Position numbers and translations under genes: made by a program. This document shows positions 26,857 to 34,511 of a stretch of DNA of 64,000 nucleotides, piece after piece; position 1 is the stretch's first letter, and every line of letters starts with the position of its first letter. The stretch comes from a virus. Lineage: Duplodnaviria; Heunggongvirae; Uroviricota; Caudoviricetes. The stretch is from IMG/VR virus record IMGVR_UViG_3300033148_007488, positions 1 through 64,000 of that record; one strand, written 5' to 3'. Below the pieces are notes generated by a model. That model saw only the letters and a list, made by a program, of their open reading frames with translations, had not been told where the DNA came from and did not search any database.

Positions 26857-28148
26857 TACCCAGTATCCTTCTTTTCAGCCCCTTCCAGAAGGGATTTGTC
26901 AGGGCTCACACTCGCAAAGGGAAAACCGTTGGCCCCTATTTCACAAAACGTCAAAAGAAAATAGGCACCGTCAAGCACACCAAAAAAACCAGAGTCGATT
27001 ATTCAGAAAAGGATGCTCAACTCAAAATCAAACTCTTGGAAGAGAAAAAGAAACACCATAATCTCCATGTCGAAGCGGCTAAGGAACTCAAAGAGAAAGT
27101 CGATTCTCACAAAGCAAAAGGACATTCAACTTTTAAAATAGGCAATAAAGAACACGACATTTCCAAAGTGACCAAAGACCTGAATAATCACATTGAGCAC
27201 CATTCAAATGAAGTGAAATCACACGATAATCATATCTCAAAAATCAAGGATCGATATAAGACAGATAGGGAGTATTTTGGGAAGAAAAAGACACTTGTTA
27301 AAAAAGAATCCCCTATCTACAAAATAGAAAAAATAGGAGATTCAGACAGGTATAACTTTTATTATCCTGAAAAAGACGGGACACAAGGGTCCATGAAAGG
27401 AAGGCCGTTAGGACAAATTAGTATGTTTTTTAAAACTGGAAGGGCCACTGAAGCAATACCAGATAAGTTTGAAGGAAGAGAACATATGGGTGATTTAGTG
27501 CTAAAAAGTAAACCACGAAATGACCAGAATCCTACTCTTAGATTAGAAAAGAAAGGGCGAAAGTACAATATTTATTACCCTACACATGCAGGAAAACACG
27601 GTATAGTAGAGGGGCAAACTTTAGACCAAGCAAAAGATTTCTTCAAAAGATGGGCTAAAGGACCAGACGAATTTGAGGGGAAACATCTTCTTTTAAAGGA
27701 ACCCCAAAAAAGAGCTAAACCAAAACCAAAGAAAGTAGAACAACAGATAGATAGGGTTGATTATGAATCATTTTCAAAAGATGGGTGGGTACATAGAAAA
27801 ACAGCTTTAAAATTCACTCTCACAGAATCAGTAACGAAAACTCATTTCAAAGAATTGATGAGGCTTTCTCATAACTATAATTCAAGAGAAAAAACAGGGT
27901 ACATCAATGAAGACGACAAGGAAAAATTTCTTGCGCTTACCAATAAAATGAAAAGCTCAAGCCTCAAAAGAGCTAAAACATCACACAAAAGATCTTTAGA
28001 AAAGTTTCAAGAGATGAAACAGCAAAGTCGTTCAGGAGAGAAATACACTTTTGAAGACTACGTGGAGGATTTTATGGATCAGCACGTAGCCTTGATGTCA
28101 GATAAAGACAGGAGTGAAGCTTATAAAAACTATATAAGAGACACTTAA
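26853..28148 (+). CDS. Paralog C of the packaged/ejected family. It has the N-terminal module plus a C-terminal domain with an internal ~40-aa repeat.
   Basis: The first ~150 aa are nearly identical to paralog A. The C-terminal part repeats 'YN.YYP...G..G...G..L.QA..FFK....A..PD.FEG' twice. Confidence 0.6.
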   Translation: MIPSILLFSPFQKGFVRAHTRKGKTVGPYFTKRQKKIGTVKHTKKTRVDYSEKDAQLKIKLLEEKKKHHNLHVEAAKELKEKVDSHKAKGHSTFKIGNKEHDISKVTKDLNNHIEHHSNEVKSHDNHISKIKDRYKTDREYFGKKKTLVKKESPIYKIEKIGDSDRYNFYYPEKDGTQGSMKGRPLGQISMFFKTGRATEAIPDKFEGREHMGDLVLKSKPRNDQNPTLRLEKKGRKYNIYYPTHAGKHGIVEGQTLDQAKDFFKRWAKGPDEFEGKHLLLKEPQKRAKPKPKKVEQQIDRVDYESFSKDGWVHRKTALKFTLTESVTKTHFKELMRLSHNYNSREKTGYINEDDKEKFLALTNKMKSSSLKRAKTSHKRSLEKFQEMKQQSRSGEKYTFEDYVEDFMDQHVALMSDKDRSEAYKNYIRDT

Positions 28149-28330
28149 GATGGTTAAAATTGAAAATTTCTGGGGTCTTCATATTGGATGTCTTTTTCGG
28201 CCATTAAATTTAAAAGAAAGAATAAAACCTTTCTCATGATTTTTAATTTTGCGGAATATGTGTTTTCAAGTTTGTTAACCTTTTTTATCAAGTTTGATAT
28301 TATGCTTCTTATTTTAGCTTTCATCTTAAT

Positions 28331-28600
28331 CTCCAGTTAGTGGTTTCGTTAAATCTTTGTGACTCAACTTAACATTAGTAGATCATAGTAAATTTACTTA
28401 TGCAAGTTTTATTTGAATTTATCCACGAGTTTTTTTAATAAAACATTCGCTGGATCATCTGGCTTCCTGTCTTCCCAATTTCTCAGGAGCTTTGTAGCAA
28501 AAGATTTGAATCCCATGTCAAGACCTGCTTCTTTGACCATGATATCCATTCTTTGATTTTTACGCTTTATAAGTTCTTTTTTAGGTATTGGCATTGTTTC
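28331..28600. repeat. Copy 2 of the ~270-bp duplicated segment.
   Basis: See 19207..19480. Confidence 0.55.
28409..28594 (-). CDS. Small basic protein (61 aa), paralog of 19286..19474.
   Basis: It has the near-identical sequence and sits inside a ~270-bp duplicated segment. Confidence 0.5.
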   Translation of the reverse strand: MPIPKKELIKRKNQRMDIMVKEAGLDMGFKSFATKLLRNWEDRKPDDPANVLLKKLVDKFK

Positions 28601-28668
28601 CTTTTGTTAAGCTCCCATTAAGAGAACTGGTTTGTTTTTTGGTTAGCATTTCATTAAAAAAAACTTGT

Positions 28669-29322
28669 TCATGCTGTTTTTTTGTTCCTGTAATCTGCGA
28701 TAATCTTTTCTACGTTATCGATTCCATTGTTAATAGCTTGAAAAGCTATACTGTTTCTTGCAACCATACTTTTCACGTATGCCTGATTTTTAGGCGAGAA
28801 CAGTTTTTCAGTTTCATCACCGATAATTTCTTTTTCCACGGCATTGTATAATCTTTTTGCTTTAGGGTTCATTTCACCATGTCGAGTTCTATTATCGGTG
28901 TATTTTTTTTCGCTAAAAAACGACATTGCAATATTACATGGAACATAATAGTCGACTTTATCTCTGAATACACGCCCATAGATGGGGATCAACGGGACAG
29001 ATTGAGCACAAATAAACTGTGCTCCGTTGATAGTATAGTACCAACTGTCTCTTGATTTCGCTAGTTTAAGATTTAGACCTTTCGACATTAAGAAAAGATT
29101 CACATACAGCAATGCTTCAATGTTTGTTTCTGTCTTTTCGCATATATCATTATACATCAGTTCAAAAAGAACAGCATGTTTCATGGACCTATCCTTTTTT
29201 ACTAATTTCTTTTCGTGATCAAGAATTTTAGACAGTAATTCTTTGACTTCTTTTTGTTCGTTTGTGAATTTCATCTTCATCCCCCATTTGTTTGTTTGTT
29301 TCGCTTCGTCTGATTGACTCAA
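28669..29322 (-). CDS. Hypothetical protein.
   Basis: ORF of 217 aa. It is divergent from paralog D across an intergenic region holding a 30-bp palindrome. Confidence 0.5.
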   Translation of the reverse strand: MSQSDEAKQTNKWGMKMKFTNEQKEVKELLSKILDHEKKLVKKDRSMKHAVLFELMYNDICEKTETNIEALLYVNLFLMSKGLNLKLAKSRDSWYYTINGAQFICAQSVPLIPIYGRVFRDKVDYYVPCNIAMSFFSEKKYTDNRTRHGEMNPKAKRLYNAVEKEIIGDETEKLFSPKNQAYVKSMVARNSIAFQAINNGIDNVEKIIADYRNKKTA

Positions 29323-29345
29323 CTTAAATATACAATCTCATAAGT

Positions 29346-29375
29346 GTAAACATTATGTCAAACAAAATGTTTACA
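29346..29375. promoter_or_regulatory. Second copy of the 30-bp palindromic element (putative operator), between divergent genes 28669..29322(-) and 29452..31359(+).
   Basis: Identical to 44901..44930. Confidence 0.5.
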
Positions 29376-29451
29376 AATAATCATCTGTTTGAAATAAATT
29401 TTTAAATATGTAAAAGATAAGTATAATATATTAACTCATACTGAAATTAAA

Positions 29452-31359
29452 ATGATACCCAGCCTACTTCTCTTCAGTCCATTCCAGAAAGGATATGTTC
29501 AGGCCCACACACGTAAAGGAAAAAGAGTAGGTCCTTACTTCACCAAAAGACAGCCCGGACAAGTCCAAGAAAAGCATACCAGAGACCGCTTTATTGACCA
29601 CGACAAAGCCAGTGCATCCAAAGCCCATGAAGAACTTGAATCACTTAAAGCCAAGCACCAAGAATTACTCAATGCAGCCAAGAAGCATCATGATGAAATA
29701 AAAAGCAAAGGACCAGTTGAAGGCGAAAGGGTAGACCACAAAACAAAACTTTCTCATCTCAAAGCAGAAATCAAGAATCAAAAGACTCACATAGACAACC
29801 ATTCCAGAAAACAAAAACTGATCAAGGACCGCTACAAAATAAGCAGCAAGCAGATTACCCAAAGAAAATCAAAGTCTGATCTGGAAAGAAAAATAGCTTC
29901 CCACTCAGACGGACAGAAAAAAACTATTCGTGCAATTCACGAAGCCCATAAAAAAGGTGAATCAAAACTTGAGCCTGGCAGAATTCTTAAAGGCAAAGAT
30001 AAAGACCATATTTATCTTGAAACAAAGCACAAGGACACAGGAGAAGCGCACCATATCGCCATTCATAAAGATGGTTCAGTTAAGGACCCCAATATTCTCC
30101 ATGGTGGAAAATTCGATTCAAAAACACTCAAAGAAGATGCCAAGCCAAAGAAGATTGTAGTTAAGTCTGAACCTAAAAAAGGAGTGACGGTTAAGAAACA
30201 AGAGCCATTTAAAAAAGTTGAGAAATCTGAGGCTAAGAAGATCGGTGTTAAGAAACAAGAGGAGAAAAAACAGACAAGATCGCAGGCCATGAAAGGCAAT
30301 AAGAATGCGTGGAAGGGAGGACCGAAGGATGAACCGAAAAAAGTCAAAGTTAAAACAAAAGAGGGATTGACAGCAAAAACTGGAACTTTAACATCAGGTG
30401 AAAAATCATCTTTGAGTTGGTATTCAGGAGATGGATTCCATAAATTAAATGAATATTTAAGAAAAGATAATGCATCTAAAAATAAGAGTCTTGATAAATT
30501 TACAGATAGTTTAAATAGTGCAATTAGTAAAAGTGAGATCACTAAAGATACAACGCTATATAGAGGCATAAACAATGATGAGTTAACAAAAAAATTCCAA
30601 TCAGTTAAAACTGGAAATAAGATTCCTGTTAGTTCGTTTCAAAGTACATCTTCTAGCGAACGAGCTTTATTTGCTCATGCAGGACTTGTAGGTGTTGCAT
30701 TGAAAATTAATGTTAAAAAAGGAACAAACATAGCTGATCTTGCAGGCAGCGGCACAGCTATGGACGCTAAAGAACAAGAAATCCTGTTGCCAAATAAAGG
30801 GCATTATGTGGTTAAAAGTGTAAGCAAACCAGAAAAAGGTGAATTAGGAAGAACTATAGTTGAAGTAGATTATATTCAAGATGAACAGGAAAAGAATGAA
30901 GATAAAAAAACTTCTAAAAAAGTTGAGAAATCTGAGGCTAAAAAGATTGTTGTTAAAAAATTAGATCAGGAGAAAAAAGAAACCAGGCTACCTGAAATAA
31001 AAAAAGGCCATTATATAAAGCGCAAGATATCGGGGCTCGGAGACAGACCTTCACCTTGGGAATATGTTTCATCTACTGTTAAAAACGGATTCATGGTTGA
31101 GGGTAGACCTTTTACGGTTCCGTTTTCAGATATTATAAGCGTTAGAACAGGAAACCCAGCACTTGGCCGTGGTGACGTGATTTATGATGATGGAAGCATC
31201 CAATCTAGGGTATTAAAGAAATCCATACCCACAACATCCAAACAATTAGAAAACTTATTGCAAGAAGAAAGACTGTTCAAATCCCTCAAATCTCCAGAGG
31301 AAATAAAACTCCTCAAGGAGAAGAGGAAACGAAGAAAGAAACGTAAAAATAAAAGGTAG
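29452..31359 (+). CDS. Paralog D of the packaged/ejected family. It carries the N-terminal module and a C-terminal mono-ADP-ribosyltransferase domain (R-S-E class, C3/Vip2/Alt-like).
   Basis: The N-terminus is MIPSLLLFSPFQKGYVQAHTRKGKRVGPYFTKRQ. The ART motifs, in order, are 'SLSWYSGDGFHKLNEYLRK', 'TLYRG' (Arg codon 30562-30564), 'FQSTSSSER' (STS at 30643-30651) and 'AKEQEILLP' (EQE at 30772-30780). The ART domain is flanked by 45-bp direct repeats encoding KKVEKSEAKKI.VKK. Confidence 0.7.
   Translation: MIPSLLLFSPFQKGYVQAHTRKGKRVGPYFTKRQPGQVQEKHTRDRFIDHDKASASKAHEELESLKAKHQELLNAAKKHHDEIKSKGPVEGERVDHKTKLSHLKAEIKNQKTHIDNHSRKQKLIKDRYKISSKQITQRKSKSDLERKIASHSDGQKKTIRAIHEAHKKGESKLEPGRILKGKDKDHIYLETKHKDTGEAHHIAIHKDGSVKDPNILHGGKFDSKTLKEDAKPKKIVVKSEPKKGVTVKKQEPFKKVEKSEAKKIGVKKQEEKKQTRSQAMKGNKNAWKGGPKDEPKKVKVKTKEGLTAKTGTLTSGEKSSLSWYSGDGFHKLNEYLRKDNASKNKSLDKFTDSLNSAISKSEITKDTTLYRGINNDELTKKFQSVKTGNKIPVSSFQSTSSSERALFAHAGLVGVALKINVKKGTNIADLAGSGTAMDAKEQEILLPNKGHYVVKSVSKPEKGELGRTIVEVDYIQDEQEKNEDKKTSKKVEKSEAKKIVVKKLDQEKKETRLPEIKKGHYIKRKISGLGDRPSPWEYVSSTVKNGFMVEGRPFTVPFSDIISVRTGNPALGRGDVIYDDGSIQSRVLKKSIPTTSKQLENLLQEERLFKSLKSPEEIKLLKEKRKRRKKRKNKR
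30205..30280 (+). repeat. Left copy of a ~45-bp direct repeat (AAAAAAGTTGAGAAATCTGAGGCTAAGAAGATCGGTGTTAAGAAA) flanking the ART domain. The right copy lies at 30919..30963.
   Basis: The protein repeat is KKVEKSEAKKIGVKK / KKVEKSEAKKIVVKK. Confidence 0.5.
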
Positions 31360-31360
31360 T

Positions 31361-31708
31361 ATGACAAAAGAAGATATTGCAAAAATAGCTCATGAAATAA
31401 ATAGGGCATATTGTAAAAGCATAAAAGACCATTCTCAAAAAATATGGAAATGTGCGCCTGAATGGCAAAGGAAAAGTGCTATAACTGGAGTGGAATTCCA
31501 TATTGACAACCCAGGGGCTGGAGTTGACGATTCTCACAAAAGTTGGCTGAAAGAGAAATATGATGATGGCTGGAAATATGGTCCGGTAAAAGACTCGTCA
31601 AAAAAAGAACATCCTTGCTGTGTCCCCTATGAAGAATTACCTGTTGAACAACAGGCAAAAGATTATTTATTCAGGGAAATAGTTCACCAACTTAAAACAT
31701 ATTTATAA
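31361..31708 (+). CDS. Small protein with a RyR-like (ryanodine-receptor domain family) motif, immediately downstream of the ART gene.
   Basis: '...DGWKYGPVKDSSKKEHPCCVPYEELPVEQQAKDYLF' fits the RyR-domain pattern I recall (GW.yG...d...K.hP.LvPy.eLpe.eK..dr). Its start lies 2 nt after the ART stop. Confidence 0.45.
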   Translation: MTKEDIAKIAHEINRAYCKSIKDHSQKIWKCAPEWQRKSAITGVEFHIDNPGAGVDDSHKSWLKEKYDDGWKYGPVKDSSKKEHPCCVPYEELPVEQQAKDYLFREIVHQLKTYL

Positions 31709-31719
31709 TTGAGGAAACA

Positions 31720-32139
31720 ATGGCAAAAATACCAAACAATTTTAAATTAAAAATGGCAGAGGCTTTTTTCCAAGCAGCCAAGACTTACAGAATGTCTCTC
31801 CACACAAGTTCTTTGATCCCAGATGAGGACACTCATAAAAACTTTTCTGATCTGACAGATGAAGTTTCAGGAACCGGATATGTAGCTGGTGGTGATGACA
31901 TTGGAGATCCAGAACTTACTCAAGATGATGAACTCAACCAGATAGTAGTCGATTGGGACGATTACACCTTCTCAAATTTGACAGTAGCAGAAATCAGATA
32001 TGCAGCCATTTATGAAGATACTGGCAATGGAGGAACCAGCACCATCATTGCAATTTTAGATTTTGGTCAAAACGAAGCATCTTCAGCAGCCGATTTCATT
32101 GTAAAAATCAATGCCCACGGGGTCTTAAATGTCACTTAG
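31720..32139 (+). CDS. Hypothetical protein.
   Basis: ORF of 139 aa with SD GAGGAAACAATG. Confidence 0.5.
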   Translation: MAKIPNNFKLKMAEAFFQAAKTYRMSLHTSSLIPDEDTHKNFSDLTDEVSGTGYVAGGDDIGDPELTQDDELNQIVVDWDDYTFSNLTVAEIRYAAIYEDTGNGGTSTIIAILDFGQNEASSAADFIVKINAHGVLNVT

Positions 32140-33787
32140 TTATGGCACTGTTTCATTAACAGGTAGAGATGTTTTAGCACAAAATTCAATAGTGGCCACT
32201 CTTGACCACGGAATAGCCCATATTGACGCTTATGATGTAAGAGTCATACCTGAGCATGTCCTTGACCATGTAGAGGCTCATTTTGACGCTTATGACGTTA
32301 AAGGTGTCGTTGCGGAACTGGCCATTACTTTACTAAAGCCTGAATTCTGTCGTTTCGAGGAGAATTTTAAAACCCTGAAAGCAAGAATAAAGCTCAAGAA
32401 CCAATTTGATCCAAACAGGGAAAATCTTTTCACGGCAAAAATAATTACTGGGATAACCGATCCAAGTAACCCCGAGTCTAAATTAGAGTTTCCACTGACA
32501 ACATGGACCCAAAAAATTGGAGACAATACCACAAAACTTATCAAGGAGTATGATCTTAATTTAGTCACTTTCGAACTTGAAAACTGCGATATTGATTTAC
32601 CTTTGAATATTGGGAAACACACCTTGGAAGTCAGAATAAATGATCAGGTTGAAACGGCTGAGTTTGATGTTGTGCCAGTGACAGTGCAAAGTGTGAAGAA
32701 CCAGTACATGCTTGGCGTTGATATGGTAGGAAACTCTGAGTTAGTATTGCAGCAAGATTTGAGAAAAATTACTGGGGTTGAAGTATTGCATATCAGTAAA
32801 GAAACGGCAGTCGGTTCTAAAGAATTCACATGGAACGCAAAAGACCAGACTTTGCAGTGGGATTTTGGAGCACCAGTCGTAATTTCAGATGACCATATGG
32901 AGTATGAAATTTTCGACCATATGATGGAACCATCCCTAGCAGGAGGAGATTATATAAAGGTAAACATTGAGGACATTGATAATCTTCCATCAATTAATAA
33001 GACTGAAGTAGTCCTTGTAGATGTTAAAAAGTACAAAAACGAAGAGTATCAATATTGGATTAACACAGGTCTCAGAGTACTGACAGAACTAATGATCATG
33101 ACAGATATCGAACCCACACTCTACAGCTCAGACAAAAGTCTTGGCTATAAATATCTGGACCCTGTTACAAACCAACCTAAATCACAGTCAGAATCAAGTA
33201 ATATTACTTTCGAGTTTGCAACTAATATGCTCCAATGTGTCCAAAGATTATGGGTACACCAGAGGGGAATCAGTGACGTTGATCTGAATGTTAACAAGCA
33301 CGTGGAACTAAGCACAGATGGGGCCGTTACAGTAATTGGTCATCCTTACGGGCGTGGATCAGGAAATACGGCTATATGGTCGGCTGGAATATGGGATAGA
33401 ACTCTCTATGCTAAGAACGGGCATCGAGATTATAATAAGGTTAAGAATTTTTGGAATGCTACTGTTGTCGCAGGGATTCCAGATAGTGCCAGTGAATTAA
33501 GACTCCTTTCCTTAGATATCATTTCCAAGCTGGCTGCGGTCGATTTGTACGTTCAAAGCGGTTTAGGCAGAGGAAGTGGGATTGCAAGTAGATCGTTTTC
33601 AGTGGGTGGAATATCCAGTAGTTTCAATAGCGTAGAAAGCGCAGAAAATGCGCTGATGAGTTCCAGCATACTCGAAATTCAGAGAAAATTGGGTGTCGGG
33701 CGTGCAACTAAAGATGAACAAAAGACAGGATTAGTTCAATCTTTAAAAACAAAAATATTAGGTGGGGCTCTTTCTTTTAAATTTTAA
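32129..33787 (+). CDS. Hypothetical large protein with an N-terminal tandem His/Asp repeat (HIDAYDVRVIPEHVLDHVEAHFDAYDVKGV).
   Basis: ORF of 552 aa. It is beta-rich and may be virion-associated, but that is unproven. Confidence 0.5.
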   Translation: MSLSYGTVSLTGRDVLAQNSIVATLDHGIAHIDAYDVRVIPEHVLDHVEAHFDAYDVKGVVAELAITLLKPEFCRFEENFKTLKARIKLKNQFDPNRENLFTAKIITGITDPSNPESKLEFPLTTWTQKIGDNTTKLIKEYDLNLVTFELENCDIDLPLNIGKHTLEVRINDQVETAEFDVVPVTVQSVKNQYMLGVDMVGNSELVLQQDLRKITGVEVLHISKETAVGSKEFTWNAKDQTLQWDFGAPVVISDDHMEYEIFDHMMEPSLAGGDYIKVNIEDIDNLPSINKTEVVLVDVKKYKNEEYQYWINTGLRVLTELMIMTDIEPTLYSSDKSLGYKYLDPVTNQPKSQSESSNITFEFATNMLQCVQRLWVHQRGISDVDLNVNKHVELSTDGAVTVIGHPYGRGSGNTAIWSAGIWDRTLYAKNGHRDYNKVKNFWNATVVAGIPDSASELRLLSLDIISKLAAVDLYVQSGLGRGSGIASRSFSVGGISSSFNSVESAENALMSSSILEIQRKLGVGRATKDEQKTGLVQSLKTKILGGALSFKF

Positions 33788-33800
33788 AATTGGAACATAT

Positions 33801-34166
33801 TTAACTGTTCAGGCATCTTTTACAATTATCTTTTTCCATTTGTTCAATATCAACTGGATAACTTCTACACGCATATGGCCGATATTTGTAAATAGTGCAT
33901 TTATAGGTTGGTTTATTCCTGTCTTTTCTTAGGAAAGGACACCTTATTAATTCATCACCCGTTACAGGACTTATCCACATATCACCAAATCTACCGTTTC
34001 CAAAGTCAGGAAACATCCCTAGATATTTAATTACATGTGGTGCGAATTCTTCCCACTCTTGGATTTGATCTTCGTCTACAGATCCAAGGCCAGCACCATT
34101 ACTGTATTTTGTGCAGCATCCACCGCACTGTTGACATGGGGTTATTTTGTTTTCTATTAGGCTCAT
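33801..34166 (-). CDS. CxxCxxCC-motif protein (putative zinc/iron-chelating domain, UPF0153/YkgJ-like).
   Basis: 'CQQCGGCC' near the N-terminus plus further Cys (C..C) near the C-terminus. Confidence 0.5.
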   Translation of the reverse strand: MSLIENKITPCQQCGGCCTKYSNGAGLGSVDEDQIQEWEEFAPHVIKYLGMFPDFGNGRFGDMWISPVTGDELIRCPFLRKDRNKPTYKCTIYKYRPYACRSYPVDIEQMEKDNCKRCLNS

Positions 34167-34172
34167 TTTAAA

Positions 34173-34511
34173 TTATCCAGTGACAGGGTTCTTTTTCCAA
34201 TCTCTTTTTTTGACTTTATCCCAAGTTAATTGGACAGCTTCTTCAAAGTCAATCCCAACTGAAGAACAATACCCAGATAGGAAAATAACAATATCACCAA
34301 CTGCATCAAAAGCTTTTTCTTTGTGATCAGTGTCAGTTCTAATTTGAAGTTCACTTTTAAGATGAGCGTGAGAGAGTTCGCCTAGTTCTTCCATTACTCC
34401 CATAATGAACATCCATGGTTTAGGATCATCGAAATTGGCTTTAACCCATTCTTTGTGTTCTGATTGTAGCTTTTTAAGCATATGAGCCATCCGCTTTATG
34501 GATTTCAGCAC
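34173..34511 (-). CDS. MazG-like nucleoside triphosphate pyrophosphohydrolase.
   Basis: It has the 'MEELGELSHA' (EE.GE) and 'EKAFDAVGDIVIFL' motifs typical of all-alpha MazG NTP-PPases. Confidence 0.55.
   Translation of the reverse strand: MLKSIKRMAHMLKKLQSEHKEWVKANFDDPKPWMFIMGVMEELGELSHAHLKSELQIRTDTDHKEKAFDAVGDIVIFLSGYCSSVGIDFEEAVQLTWDKVKKRDWKKNPVTG

Noticed and set aside
30063-30575. 170-aa minus-strand ORF inside the ART gene.
   Set aside because: It is antisense to a strongly supported coding region with a recognised motif series. Spurious.
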